Source of the DNA: Centroscyllium fabricii
Taxonomy: Eukaryota
Assembly: GCA_051313645.2 (NCBI GenBank)
Contig: JBNRSN020000012.1
Span: 36,518,001 to 36,582,000, forward strand
DNA length: 64,000 nucleotides
Reading direction: 5' to 3'
Shown here: positions 1-13,274 of the stretch, one piece after another
Numbering within the stretch: the first letter of the stretch is position 1
How the letters are laid out: every line of letters begins with the position of its first letter
Program-made: the position numbers and the translations under genes
Notes under the pieces: generated by a model
What the model was told of the DNA's origin: nothing
The model's database searches: none
The model's input: the letters and a program-made list of their open reading frames with translations, nothing else

Positions 1-267
1 AGAAATTATAAAGCACAATGCCAGCAGCTCCGTACAAATCAAGTCCTTATTGTTACTCACAGTGACTGGTGCCAGACTGGTAGGCACCAACCATCTCCAC
101 TTTCCAGTTGGGTTTTTATTTCTTTTGTTTGTGATATTGTCTAGCTGATATATTTAGATGTAACGCATTAATCAGTAACATCATTGGTGGCTGTTGCTGA
201 TGATTCTGCCATTCCCATTTACACCTCCTCCAGACTCATCTTCTGTTTCTATCCCATTTCCATCCCC

Positions 268-860
268 GTTGCGGCCGCTCCTCGAGGCAAAGTCAATCTG
301 AACGAATCGGCCGCCATCCACAGTGCCGGGAGGGAGCCCGGTAAGGCTGCAAGATGCGGGGCGCCGATCGACCGACGGGGGTGAGAGCTCGGAGGACTCG
401 GGGAGATCCGGGATGTCGCCGGGGGGCTGAGTGCTAGGCCCCAGGTTTCGGGGGAGCCGGAGAGTGCTGGCTAGGCCCCAGGCTCGGGTGGAGCCGGAGG
501 GTGCTGGACTAGGCCCCAGGTTTGGAGCTGGACTAGGCCTCGGGCCTGGAGTTCGGAGCTCAGGGGAGCTGGGATGGCACCTGGACGAGAGCCAGGCCCC
601 AGGATGCTGTTCCTGAAGTTCGGAGATCCATGGATTCGGGGGAACTGGCATGGTGTCGGGCCGAAAGGAGTGAAGTCAAGAGAAACAACGGAAGGAACAG
701 CGGCAGAGCAAGTTGACGGAGCGGTAGAGGACAATTAACATCGAACTGAGAGGCCGGAGCAGGAATGGGACCCACGATGATGGTGCAATGGCTGACGTCT
801 TGTGGGCTCGTGCGTGCCGGGCAGCTTAATGTCCTTGTTGCGCGGTGCGTTTGGGTAGCA
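268..860. repeat. Unclassified GC-rich interspersed repeat with short internal CTAGGCCCCAGG tandem units
   Basis: Abrupt GC increase; 3-4 ctaggcccc units at 430-545; 790-845 resembles 8720-8780. Confidence 0.4.
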
Positions 861-880
861 GTAAGCATTTCACTGTCTAA

Positions 881-1126
881 AACATAGAAACTAGGAGCAG
901 GAGTAGGCCATTCGGCCCTTCGAGCCTGCTCCGCCATTCAATGAGATCATGGCTGATCATCCAAACCCAGTATCCCACCCCTGACCTCTCCCCATATCCC
1001 TCGATCCCTATCGAGCCTACACTGACACATATCCCACCCTATCCCCGTAACCCCACATATTCAATCCCCCTAACACTAAGGGTCAATTTATCATGGCCAG
1101 TCAACCTAACCCGCACATCTTTGGAC
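881..1126 (-). mobile_element. HE1-like V-SINE, 3' part
   Basis: CR1-derived tail (gaatggcggagcaggctcgaagggccgaatggcctactcc) plus part of the V-domain; matches other copies in the window. Confidence 0.9.
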
Positions 1127-1174
1127 TTCTTTGGACTTGATTGTATTTAGTACATGTGACAATAAACTTGAACT

Positions 1175-1415
1175 TTTGCCTCGCACCATCATCCCTTTTG
1201 TCATTTAATCTCTCCTGCCTTGCACCCCATCACAGACCCTCCCTTAGTTCTTTCCTCCCTCCCGCCTGCTCCCTGCCTCTGTACCTGCTTAAAACCTGTT
1301 GACATCTCTAACTTTTTCCAGTTCTGACGAAAGGTCATCGACCTGAAACGTTAACTCTGTTTCTCTCTCCAAAGATGCTGCCTGGCCTGCTGAGTGTTTC
1401 CAGCATTTTCTGTTT
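1175..1415 (+). mobile_element. Penelope-like terminal repeat fragment with hammerhead motif
   Basis: Homologous to 52690-52905; CTGACGA-aggtc-atc-gacct-GAAACGTT at 1324-1352. Confidence 0.75.
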
Positions 1416-1898
1416 TCATACCATTGATAGTTTCACAGAAACATCTTTCTCCCGCCGCCATTTTGTAATAAGTGTTTCCCACATTTCTCCCTCTGGCAGG
1501 CGTTGAGTGGAGTACGGCCTCATGCCACCAACAGCCCTCTCGAACCTCGCACACGTGACCATTCATCATGTGTGAGCCTAGACAGTGAAGTTTGAGAGGC
1601 TATTCAGCCATTCAGGACATCACAGCCAGCCCCAGTACCGTTCCCACCTGCAGGCCATACACACACACACACTATTTATTCCCAGCAGTGATCGCTGGAA
1701 AACATTCAATCGTGGAAACCCAAGCTAAATTTTCCCTCACTAGCCACAGGCACTGAAGCCAACGTGGCAGTCCACTTGCGACACCAGCTGAGAATAGCAC
1801 AGACCAGGAATCAAAACGTGGATCTCTGGCTCAGTACTGTACAGGGACTATCTTATCTTTCAGATCCCCCCCTCCCGCCCCATGCAATGTGCAGTAAT

Positions 1899-3187
1899 GG
1901 CCCAGAAATTCGGGTCGGAGGCTTCCCGCGGGTGTAAGCCTCCGACCTGCACTTACCTAGCACGCTGGCCGTTGAGCTGTAGGCCCGCGTGGTATTCCGA
2001 TCCTGGGCTTCCTCCAACTGTCGGCGCGCTGTGCTCGCGTATCCCAGGGGCGCAGTTAGTTTGATGCGTCCCCTGGGATCACGTGGGCCATGGAGAGCCA
2101 ATGGTAGCAGGGAATTGCCAATTCATAAAATTGACAGGAAGAGCTGTCAAGATAGAAAATACCGTAAGCCCCAAAACATCACTAAAACTTCAAATACATT
2201 TTTTTAAAATCACATTTTGAAAATAACTATATATTACATGAAATAACTATTTTAAACAAAAATTATAATTTTTGAAAAATTAATTACATTTTCTAACAGG
2301 GCTAAAAATAAACTTACCTTTCTTTAAAGTATTTAAAAACAATAAACCTGTGGATAAATGTTTCAATTTTAATTAATTCACCACTTACTTTGTTAAAAGC
2401 AGGCTTTTTACATGTGCAACTTTGGGAGACATGGGGGGGAAAAATTGGGTTGCTTTCGCCAGCTGTTAGCGCCCTAAGAGGGCTGCTAATGGGGCGCAAG
2501 GCACCGAGTGCCTGGGCTGGCGCCTCCCGTTATATTCAGCGGGGTGACGGGCAGCCATATTTCTTGTTGGCCGTCTGCCAGCACCTGCCGTCCCCGGCCT
2601 TCCCTGATGCTGCCCCGCGGAGTGCTGGCTGTGCTCCGTGAGCCCGGCACTTCCCTCGAGTGCCGGGCTCCTTTGGTGGCACTCCAATCCCCGGCGGTCC
2701 AGCGGGGCTCCGCGCCACGCTAGGCCGCTCCCTTTTAAGAAGGGGAGGGAGGCCTGCAGTGCCACGGCGCGGCGTGCTGCAGAGCGTGGCGCAGCGACCC
2801 ACAGCGGCCGAAATTGAGTTGTTGCGCCCAAGGAACGAGGTGCGGCGCCTGCAGTAGCGTCTCACCTCCTACTTGGGGCGCTAAAACACAATTTCAGGCG
2901 GAACGGCGCTAACTTTTTCGGGACGCTAAAAGTAGCGCACCACTGAGGTTAGCACCCCAACCCAACTTTTCCCCCTTACTCTCCCGGAAAAACCTAGAAA
3001 AAAAGTAAGTTCGATGCGCATGCGCTGCCTCTCCCACGCACATGTTCCACCTCTGAACCCCTTTCAGGGGAACGGAAGTTTCGGTTTCCCGCGCATGCGC
3101 AGTGCATGCATGAAACCGGCACTTACGTTGGGCCTTCGCGTGAGTACACAGCGCGTACTCACGCATTGGGACCCAAATTTCTGGGCC
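1899..3187. mobile_element. Non-autonomous TIR DNA transposon (PIF/Harbinger-like MITE)
   Basis: TIRs GGCCCAGAAATTCGGGTC / GGACCCAAATTTCTGGGCC; AAT left flank; inverted partial copy at 58891-59929. Confidence 0.75.
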
Positions 3188-3856
3188 AAAACCTCCAATG
3201 TATGAAAATCACATGCTAAGACACAACACTGTGCAATTTCATGATGCTTTTGAATTCTACGCTTTTTATGCCGACAGCCTGAGGCAGTGGCTTTCCCTCT
3301 AGGTGAAGACAGTGGGGAAAAGGTTCGGAGCCAGAAGAGACCCAAATAGTTACGTTTTTGTTTACTGTACTTGTGGGGCCAGGAGGAGCAGGAGTGCACC
3401 GTCAGGCCTCACATGGAGAGCTTAGGCCTCCCTTGCCGTGGACCTGTTCTATTTCCTGATTTCGAGCCCCCTGCAAGGCAGCCCCGCAAGCCGATCCCAC
3501 CACCTGCCCGGTGTCGGTGGGTAGCCACCCGTGCAATTTTCCACCTCTTCCCACCCAGAATGAGTGATGTAAATGAAGCCCAGGAGTTAAAATAGCCCGG
3601 GTCTAATTTCTGGAACAGCGGGTGAGTATCTAACTCGCGCCCCTACCCACGCACCCGGAGTTAAAATGGGGACCACTGTCTTTCTCACTGGAGTGTGATC
3701 TTTCCTCTACCCACCTCCTACTGCCGGTAACCCAGCTGAAATGAGGACATCATTGCACGGAGAATTGTGCAGAAGAATCCATGTCCTGTCAACAAGCTGC
3801 AGTGTGAATTTTACACTGAGCATTGAATTACTGCCTTATAATGCAACCAGAGTAGA

Positions 3857-4443
3857 TACATAGAAAATAGGTGCAGGAGTAGACCATTCGGCCCTTCGAG
3901 CCTGCACCGCCATTCAACACGTTCATGGCTGAACACGCTACATCAGTACCCCATTCCTGCTTTCTCGCCATATCCCTTGATCCTCCTAGTTGTAAGTATT
4001 ACATCTAACTCCCTTTTGAATATATTTAGTGAACTGGCCTCAACAACTTTCTGTGGTAGAGAATTCCACAGGTTCACCACTCTCTGGGTGAAGAAGTTTC
4101 TCCTCATCTCAGTCCTAAATGGCTTACCCCTTATCCTTAGTCTGTGCCCCCTGGTTCTGGGCTCCCCCAACAATGGGAACATTCTGCCCGCATCTAACCT
4201 GTCTAAACCCGTCAGTATTTTAAACGTTTCTATGAGATCCCCCCTCATTCTTCTGAACTCCAGAGAGTACAAGTTCAGTTGATCCAGTCTTTCTTGATAT
4301 GTCAGTCCGGCCATCCCGGGAATCAATCATGTAAACCTTCGCTGCACTCCCTCAATCGCAAGAATGTCCTTCCTCAAGTTAGGAGACCAAAACTGCACAC
4401 AATACTCCAAGTGTGGCCTCACCAAGGCCCTGTACAACTGTAG
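3857..4443 (-). mobile_element. CR1 LINE 3' fragment
   Basis: ORF 3943-4326 encodes the CR1 ORF2 C-terminus (LYSLEFRRMRGDLIETFKI...RNFFTQRVVNLWNSLP); conserved 3' tail. Confidence 0.92.
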
Positions 4444-4910
4444 CCTGAATCCATTCTACACTCTGCCGACACACTGTATTATGGGACTAGGGCATTGTCC
4501 AGTCACAGTTAATGACCATGTTTAACTAAACTGGACTTTATCACCCAACCACTAGTTTTCTTTTTACATAATTTGTTATTAATCATAGACCACAGATACT
4601 GTGTCTTCAGTGGAGCAATCAGGTATGGGTCGGTCTGGAGAAGTATTTTATATTTTTAATTTGATGGACTGGATGTTTATTATGACTTTTTATGTTCACC
4701 ATTTCAGGGACTAAATGCCTGAATTGTGTTGGCAGAAATGAAAATAACAGGGTTACAGCAATAAAGAAAGTGACGATAGCCAGAGCAGCAATTACTGTCC
4801 CCACCACCCGAAACCAACAAAAAACACAGCGCCTGTTTCCTTATACAGCAGAGCGCAGATTAACAGGAATATTTAAGTAAAGTGTAACACAATTTTCCCA
4901 CTTTCTGCAG

Positions 4911-5115
4911 GGCATTATACTTCTGCCACAAAACGTCCGATGGACAGGAGAAAGCAGAAGCTGTGAGAGACCGAACAGAGCTGAAAAACGAACTGGATGC
5001 ATATAAGGAACTGAATAACGTCGACTTCAAAGTCCATATGGTGCTGTCTGTGCCGATAAATTACAACGAAGATTTTGTCAAACTGACCTCGCAACCTGGG
5101 TCTATTAAATGGTGA
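4911..5115 (+). CDS. Candidate terminal coding exon of an unidentified host gene
   Basis: Acceptor ttttcccactttctgcag|G; 67 open codons (ALYFCHKTSDGQEK...LTSQPGSIKW*) in non-repeat DNA; AATAAA near 5679 and 5720. Confidence 0.45.
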
Positions 5116-5873
5116 AAGTAGAATTGATGCAAGAGTGGGTACACTAGCAACTCCGATTGTCTGTCTGCAATGGATATATATATACTCCAGCAAATATTGC
5201 ACCTTTGCTTAGCTCTAGTAGCACTTTATCCAATGAATGTTAATAATCAGGGCATGATTTATTTGGGTTAAACTCTGTCAACACAGCAAACAATTGAAAA
5301 TAATGTGTGCAATTGATTACACTTTTAAGATTGTTCTTATCCTGTTTGACCCCCTTTCCTCTCTACCCATTGATCCCCTTTCCTCTCTACCCATTGCTTT
5401 GTCAGTTTGTACGATGGAAGATTGCAGATGGTCCCTCAGCCACAGTCAGTGCCGCTCTGAATGAGCTGAGGGGCAATTGATGGAAAGCCGTCCACCTATC
5501 TAGTAACCTTATTGATAGCTATCATGTAGCGGGTTGTACATGTGAATGTTGCGCACGTCAGTCGATGGAAAAATTCACACAGCTGCGACTACAACATGGG
5601 AAATGTAGAAATACCTGTAACTTTAGGAGGATGATCTGAGATAGTAAATTGAAGTCAACCTTCAAGACGAAAAAGAGGAATAAATGAACAAAACCTCTGA
5701 TTTGATTTTGCTCACGTAGAATAAATAAAATAAACTCCAGATATAGTTATTCCTTTTTAGGGATGTGTTCCTAATTTAGTTTAATCGTCTTAGGTTTCCT
5801 AGATTTACCGAATGTTACTGATGTATCCCGCAAGTACAAAGGCATTTGACAATCTAACCTCCTTTTTTGGTTA

Positions 5874-6119
5874 AACATATAGAAACATAGAAGATAGGAG
5901 CAGGAGTAGGCCATTCGGCCCTTCGAGCCTGCTCCGCCATTCAATGAGATCATGGCTGATCATCCAAACCCAGTACCCTATCCCTGCCCTGTCCCCATGT
6001 CCCTCTCGAGCCTGCACCGACACATATCCCACCCTATCCCCGTAACCCCACATATTCAATCCCCCTAACACTAAGGGTCAATTTATCCTGGCCAATCAAC
6101 CTAACCCGCACATCTTTGG
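5874..6119 (-). mobile_element. HE1-like V-SINE, 3' part
   Basis: Same tail and V-domain as other copies. Confidence 0.9.
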
Positions 6120-6279
6120 ATCCTGTTAAAAATAATGTACTTAACGAATTTAAATGTACCTTGCCAGCTTTGCACATGCTTAACAGAATTAAAAATTATA
6201 TACTTACATTATTTACATATCTACCTTGCTAGCTTTGCGTGTTTGAAAAGATTTAGATTGTTAGCCATCTTGCACCCTC

Positions 6280-6770
6280 CATAAACTGGAGCTCATCCAA
6301 AACTCTGCTGCCCTTATCCTTACTCGCACCATATCCTGTTCACCTATCACCCCTGTGCTCACTGACCTACACTGGCTTCCACGTCCGGCAACGCCTCGAT
6401 TTTAAAATGATCATCCTTGTTTTCAAATCCCTCCATGGCTTTTCCCCTCCCTATCGCGGTAACCTCTTCCAGCCCGATAATCCTCCGCAATCTCTCTGCT
6501 CCTCCAATTCTGGCCTCTTGCACATCCCCAATTTTAATTGTTTCACCATTGACAGTTGCGCCTTTAGCGACCTAAGCCTTAAACTCTGGAATTCCCTCCC
6601 TAAACCTCTCTCTCCTCCTTTTAAGATGCTCCTTAAAACCTACCTCTTCATCTGGCCTAATATCTTTTTAAGAGGCTCAGTGTTAAATTCTATTTGATAC
6701 CGCTCCTGTGAAGCGCCTTGGGATGTTTTACTGCGTTAAAGACACTATATAAATGCAAGTTGTTGTTGTT
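6280..6770 (+). mobile_element. L2 LINE 3' end
   Basis: ILVFKSLHG..PPY..LWNSLP; tail cctgtgaagcgccttgggatgttttact...tataaatgcaag(ttg)n. Confidence 0.85.
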
Positions 6771-7374
6771 TAAGCCAACAATTTTGAATGTATGCATAAC
6801 ATGTTTGTACAATGGGAGTGAGGTTGTAATAAAGACACCTATAAAAAGTTAATACCTCTGCAGCTGATTTACGTATTACTTTTCACAAATGATTTTATCG
6901 GAGCTGTAATAAACTTATTTGTTTTTTGAGGCGCTTCAAAGCTTTTGGGTGCCTATGGATCATAGCTGGAGAGAACAAAAACTGAAGCACGATTAGGACA
7001 GGAATTAGTCTTGAGTAACAAAGCTGCACATCTGACGTACGAGTACAGAAGCCTTGCATGAAGTGTTGAAGTGTGAGAGCTTTGTTACACCTTTAGTGCT
7101 TATTATCCAACTTCTGGTAGCTTTGTTGCTATTTCTGTTAAAGGTCTTTTTTGAAAGTGCTTTTGCTGTTTATTATTCGGGATTCAGCTATAATTGACTC
7201 TCATTTTCATTCGAAAACACTTGTTCGAGAGAGATTTCAACTGGCAGGAGAATTGCTTTTTAGACCGAGGCAGAATGGCGAGGTGCAGCGACAACAGCTC
7301 TTGTTTCTGGCATTAGAATTAGAGCTCTAAATTAGGGGCCGTAGCTCTGGTGATGTTGTCCCAGTCATGATCTT

Positions 7375-7505
7375 TTAGATGATGGATAGCCTCGCTACAT
7401 CTTTTGTTATGGATGGACTCTGCTGTGGAGCAGGCCACTTTATACCTGGCCAGTGTTCGAAAATAGCCTTGTACTGTTTGGAGTCAAGACCAGTACCTGG
7501 GCAAG
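7375..7505 (-). CDS. Candidate terminal coding exon of an unidentified minus-strand host gene
   Basis: Acceptor ttttttctccag|; frame CPGTGLDSKQYKAIFEHWPGIKWPAPQQSPSITKDVARLSII*; minus-strand AATAAA near 7170. Confidence 0.35.
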
Positions 7506-7690
7506 CTGGAGAAAAAATATTCCATCACTCAACAGATATGTGCTTTATAGAGGACAGAAAAGTAATTTGAAAGATTTGGCCTGAGATTCCATCACTCAGA
7601 TGCCTGTCCCCCAATGCAATAGATTGCATTCCCACAGATCCATTATTGCTTCATTAGCCCACCAGTTAGAAGAGAAAAGATTGCACATTG

Positions 7691-7918
7691 AGTTGTAAAA
7701 CACGACTTCCGAAATAACTTAGGAAGAGTTGCTGGTCGGCTAGCTGAGGGCGCCGACCGGGGGGGTATAAATACTCGGGCATGGGCCCACCTTGGACAGA
7801 GACAATCTGAAACCAGGAAGCTAGTGACTGTTAACTAGCTCTCCTTATGTTGTGTTATAAGCTGAATAAAGCCTTGCTTTATATTCGACCAAGAGCTTAG
7901 TAAGTCTTTATTACGTCA
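7691..7918 (+). mobile_element. Solo LTR
   Basis: 5-bp TSD CATTG on both sides; TATAAATA, AATAAA, ends TACGTCA; starts AG rather than TG. Confidence 0.75.
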
Positions 7919-8871
7919 CATTGATCAAAACATTTACTGACACCAAAGGGTTGATTTTTAACCCTATGGGAATGGTGCCATCATAGGGTTAAGATGTGGA
8001 GAAATTTGAAACCCAGACTGCCTGCTGTCTCAACTGAAGTAAGAAACATGGTCTGGACCTCATGTTAGGCCCACAAGAGGTGAGCTTTATCAGTTCACTT
8101 TGCTCCCTGCATAGTTTGACTGTTCCCAGCAGCCCAGCCAAGAACTAGCAAATTCACTCAATGAAGGTGAGTTTATGTCAAGGCAAGGTGGGAATTTAAA
8201 CTCCTGACAGTTTGATTGGAAGTCTGGAGACCTTTCAGTGTTATTTTTGGGGTATTTTACTTTTGACAGGTTGATAATTATAACAGTAAATGAATAGAAA
8301 ACAAGAAAAAAAAATGAGTTGCAGTTTGGGATCAACACAAACCTAATCGAGCATAGAGCTCTGACGTACATCACCTTCCAGTTGGCTTTAGAAATACTGT
8401 TAACATATCAAGCCCGGAAACTGACACATTTGCAAGCAAACGATTATCTAACCTCTCCAGCCAACCAATAATAGGATTTTGGTTGTTAGATGACCTGAAG
8501 CAATCGGTCCCAGCCCAATTGTAAATCAATTCAAAGACCTTTACAACAGCTACTGAATGAGTGAATTATCTGACCTCTTAGAAATAGGCAGAAGTGATCT
8601 TTTCAATTTGTAATTGTGAGGTTCTGGATATGAACCGCAGAAAGGACTTTAAGAACTTTGCGTGCAGGAGTGGTCGGAGCGGTGCGGAAACAGGACTTGT
8701 GATTGATGGCGCTGGTGAGGTGGCTGCCGTCTCACGGGCTCCGGGCGTGTCGGGCAGCTTAGTGTTCTTTGTTGCGCGTTGAAACTTCATATCCAAAAAA
8801 GAATGTGTCCGCAGGTTCTCTGATGCTTTCTCTTACTCAGCTGCAAATGTGTTTCCACTGCTATCTGAGTT

Positions 8872-9633
8872 ACATAGAAGGTAGGAGCAGGAGGAGGCCA
8901 TTCGGTCCTTCGAGCCTGCTCCGCCATTCAATGAGATCATGGCTGATCATCCAAACCCAGTACCCTGTCCCTGCCTTCTCCCTCGATCCCCATCGAGCCT
9001 ACACCGACACACGGTGGCGCAGTGGTTAGCACTGTTGCCTCACAGCACTGGAGACCCGGGTTCAAATCCAGCCTCGGGTACTATCTGTGTGGAGTTTGCA
9101 CATTCTCCCCGTGTCTGCGTGGGTTTCCTCCGGGTGCTCCGGTTTCCTCCCACAGTCCAAAGATGTGCGGGTTAGGTTGATTGGCCAGGATAAATTGACC
9201 CTTAGTGTTAGGGGGATTGAATATGTGGGGTTACGGGGATAGGGTGGGATATGTGTCAGTGCAGACTCGAGAGGGATATGGGGACAAGGCAGGGACAGGG
9301 TGCTGGGTTTGGATGATCAGCCATGATCTCATTGAATGGCGGAGCAGGCTCGAAGGGCCGAATGGCCTACTCCTGCTCTATGTTTCTATATCCCACCCTA
9401 TCCCCGTAACCCCACATATTCAATCCCCCTAACACTAAGGGTCAATGTATCATGGCCAATCAACCTAACCCGCACATCTTTGGACTGTGGGAGGAAACCG
9501 GAGCACCCGGAGGAAACCCACGCAGACACGGGGAGAATGTGCAAACTCCACACAGATAGTACCCGAGGCTGGATTTGAACCCAGGTCTCTTGTGCTGTGA
9601 GGCAACAGTGCTAACCACTATGCCACCGTGCCA
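8872..9633 (-). mobile_element. HE1-like V-SINE split by an oppositely oriented copy
   Basis: 3' half at 8872-9008 and 5' half at 9389-9633 join into one consensus copy. Confidence 0.85.
9009..9388 (+). mobile_element. HE1-like V-SINE, near full length
   Basis: tRNA-like head (A box TGGCGCAGTGG, B box GGTTCAAATCC), V-domain, CR1 tail. Confidence 0.9.
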
Positions 9634-9753
9634 CCGAGTTATATCTATCTTACCAAATGAATAATCTATTGTTACTGTACCGATAAAGGTTTTACTAAAA
9701 ATTGCAACACACACTGCCACAGTCTTTTTGTGCAACTTCCTGCAAAACACAAT

Positions 9754-11620
9754 GGACCGGATTTTGCGGTCAGTGGCAAACGAACAGCGCTCGCCGTTTA
9801 TTAGGCTTACAGCTGCCCACAAAATTTTTGTGGGCCTTTGGGTGGCAACTTACAGTTAACGGGAGTCTAAAACAGCATGTCGGTCTCTACAGGGGGGCTG
9901 GGACCTGTGTGAACAGGGTAAGCAACAGTGTGTCTCGTCAACCAATCAAGTTGAAGAATCCTCACTGAGCCGCGCAGAGTCTAAACCAGGAAGTGTAAAG
10001 TAGAATATCTAATTCAATGTAAAATCAGGTACAGAAAGTGAAATGAAGATGGGATTGAGAGAGAAATAAGAGACGGAAAGAAAAAGTAAAACATTAACTC
10101 TTAAAAATCTCCAACAATAATTAAAATCTGAAGGAAAGAGATTGCACACATGTAAAAGTAAATTTTTAATGCCAAAGAGGTTGTTTGGTAATAATTTAAA
10201 CTCATACTGTTAAAAATTCACTTGCACTTGAATGGAAAAGCCCTAATGTTTTCTGGCATGGTTAGTGAGTATCTTCCTTGCTGCAATGCTTCATCTCACC
10301 CTCAGTAAGCTCCCCACTGGAGTGGAGCTAATTTACAGAACAAACGGGAAACTGTTCAACCTCCAGTCCAGATCCAAGGTCGTCCCATCCTCTGTCGTCG
10401 AATTACAGTATGCAGACGACGCTTGCGTCTGGCGCTCACTCGGAGGTCGAACTCCAAACCATCGTCAACACCTTCACCGAAGCGTACAAGAGCATAGGCC
10501 TTACACTAAACATCCGTAAGACAAAGGTCCTCTACCAACCTGCCCCTGCCACACAGTACTGCCCCCCGATTATCAAAATCCATGACGAGGCCTTGGCCAA
10601 CGTGGACCACTTTCCATACCTCAGGAGCCTACTGTCAACAAGGGAAAACGTCGACGACAAAGTTCAACACCGCCTTCAGTGTGCCAGTGTTGCTTTCGGT
10701 CGCCTGAGGAAGAGAGTGGTTGAAGACCAGGACCTCAAACCCGGCACTAAGCTCATGGTCTACAGAGCAGCAGTGCTATCCGTCCTCCTGTATGCTTCAG
10801 AGACATGGACCATGTACAGCAGGCACCTCAAAGCACTGGAGAGATACCACCAATACTGCCTCCGCAATATCCTGCAAATCCATTGGCAGGATAGGTGCAC
10901 CAACGTCAGTGTTCTTGCTCAGGCCAACATCCCCAGCATCGAAGCTTTGACCACGCTCGATCAGCTCCGATGGACGGGCCACATTGTCCACATGCCCGAT
11001 ACAAGACTCCCAAAATAAGCGCTCTACTCGGAGCTCTGGCACGGCAAGAGAGCCCCAGGTGGGCAGAGGAAACACTTCAAGAACACCCTCAAAGCCTCCT
11101 TGAAAAAATGTAACATCCCCATCGACACCCGGGAATCCCTGGCCCAAGACAGCACAAAGTGGGGGAGAAGCATCCGGGAAGGCGCCGAACACCTCGAGTC
11201 TCTTCACCGGGAGCAAGCGGAAGCCAAGCGCAAACAGCGGAAGGAGCGCACGTCAACGTAAGCACCCCGCCCACCCGCCCCTTCAACCACCGTCTGCCCC
11301 ACCTGTGACAGAGACTGTCGGTCCTGCATTGGACTCATCAGTCACCTGAGAACTCATTTTTAATGTGGAAGCAAATCATCCTCGGTCCCGAGGGACTGCC
11401 TACGAAGAGTGGGTAAGTACTGCAACTTCATGCCCTTCATGTGTCTGAGTGCCGAGTCTCTCGAGGAGCTTCTGGAGGAGCAAGACAATTCTGACAGCAA
11501 ATTCCTGATTTCCACCTTTAACTGCGCATGTGTGGACGCCGGAAGTTGCTGTCGAATTTACTCCTTAATGACGGTGCGCGCTGTTAGCCTCACCATTATT
11601 CCTGCCGCAAAATTCGGGCC
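9754..11620. mobile_element. Harbinger-like MITE interrupted by an RTE LINE
   Basis: TIRs GGACCGGATTTTGCGG / CCGCAAAATTCGGGCC; TSD AAT/AAT. Confidence 0.75.
10271..11406 (+). mobile_element. RTE (BovB-like) LINE, 5'-truncated
   Basis: ELQYADD, LNIRKTKV, FPYL.S, LLYASETW, QLRWTGHIVHMPDTRLPK; frameshifts and stops. Confidence 0.9.
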
Positions 11621-12466
11621 AATGTTTATTCTATTATATCAATGGCAACACTCATCTGATGACTCCAAACAACTTCTCATTCATTCTTAGTAAATTCCAG
11701 AGCACTTTCAGTTCACTCCCTTTAAATAACAGGAAATACCCTGTGCAAGCATAAATGTAAATAAACCAGTCACTTGATGGCAAGCTGGTAAGTTGTGCTT
11801 GTGTTACTAGGTTTTCTTTTATATAAACTATGTACTTCACTAAAATGGCAGACGATTTTGAATGGGCAAATTGGCTAACCCTACTGGGTGGTGATGAGAC
11901 CGATACAGGATGGGCAATAAATGCTGGCCTTGTACGGGACGCCCACATCCCATGAACGAATATTTTCTTTAAATGGAGAATCTGGATACTGTAGCATAGT
12001 GCTTATGTTACTATGCAAAGGCCTGGACTAATAATCTAGGGAAGTGAATTCAAATCCCACCACGGCAATTGGGGAATTTAAATTCAGCAGAGAAACGTAC
12101 TTTGCCCCAGGAGAAAGTGGATTCATTTCCAGGACCCACATGCTGCCAAGCAAAGCTGAGAAACCAACAATGCCTTGAAGTACAGTCAGACATTTCTGAG
12201 GGAATGGGCTGCAGGCTCGCAAATGTTAGCCTAAAACATGAAGCGAATGAGTAGCAGTCAGAGCAGCAGCGTAGTCTAGCAGTGTGGCGTAATCCTGACA
12301 ATGGCATCCAGGAGTCCACAAAGTCAAATTTGACCAGAGTTTCCGCCGTTGAAAAGAGCACAGCAAAAGCAGAAGCAGCGGGTTTGGGGTTGAGCAATGC
12401 AATGTACTCTTGTCGAGATGGCTTTGAACTCGTAGCTTGAACTTGTAGTTCAGGCTAAAATGCACC

Positions 12467-13155
12467 CATGTTGAAGTTCGTTAATCCGGCACCCGAAAAA
12501 CCGGCAGCTTCAGACGTCCGGCACAGATTTCCCCGAGTGGTCGGCGCATGCGCAGTGCTGCTCCTCACCGTCCGCAATCCCCGACTGGCCTGCGCATGCG
12601 CAGCGGCGCTCTTCGACGCTTTACAAAAAACCCCGTACCTGACATGAAGCTCGGGCCCCGTGAAATGTTGGACCAAATGCGCACTGGTCCCGACGGCGTG
12701 GCTTCAGCCGCACCCGAGCTTCCGGGGTGTATCCCGACGGTTGGACTGTGCTGTAGTGCTATTTTTGCGCGCTGCGGGCAGTTGGACTGCTCCACCTGGA
12801 AATCGCCCCTGTACTGTGTGATCTGTTGCACCCGCGTGCTGCGGGCAGTTGAACTGCTCCACCCAGAAAGCTTTGAAATCCCCCCTGTACTCTGCTCTGT
12901 TCCACCCGCGAGCTGCGGGGAGTTGTACTGCTCCACCCGGAAATCGCCCCGTGCTCTGTGCTCTGCCTCCACCCGCGCGCTGCGGCCACCTGCACTGGTC
13001 TGCGCGTGCTGCAGCCACTTCGAATGTTCTGCGCATGCGCGTGGCCATTTTGAATGGTCCACGCATGCGCTCGGGACAGCTTCATTCGTTTGGGTTTTTC
13101 AGTATTCCGGCACGGGCCTGGTCCTGACCCTGCCGGATTAACGACCTTCAATCTG
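12467..13155. mobile_element. TIR MITE (Tc1/pogo-Tigger-like ends) with internal tandem repeats
   Basis: TIRs CATGTTGAAGTTCGTTAATCCGGCA / TGCCGGATTAACGACCTTCAATCTG; three ~70-bp units at 12770-12980; TA TSD not preserved. Confidence 0.65.
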
Positions 13156-13274
13156 AATTAGGGCCAGGGAATCTTAAACGGTGGGGAAGGGGAGATTGGG
13201 GGGAAAAGACAAAGGCTGACAATAGATGGCCATGGATAGAGTTGCAATGGAGAGAACCTCAATTAAGTGGCTGC

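Noticed and set aside
181-937. Pro/Gly-rich ORFs as genes
   Set aside because: They arise from GC-rich tandem units and SINE sequence, with no domain signature
12050-12455. Long open minus-strand frame as a host exon
   Set aside because: No recognisable protein, and the acceptor context is weak and abuts a MITE
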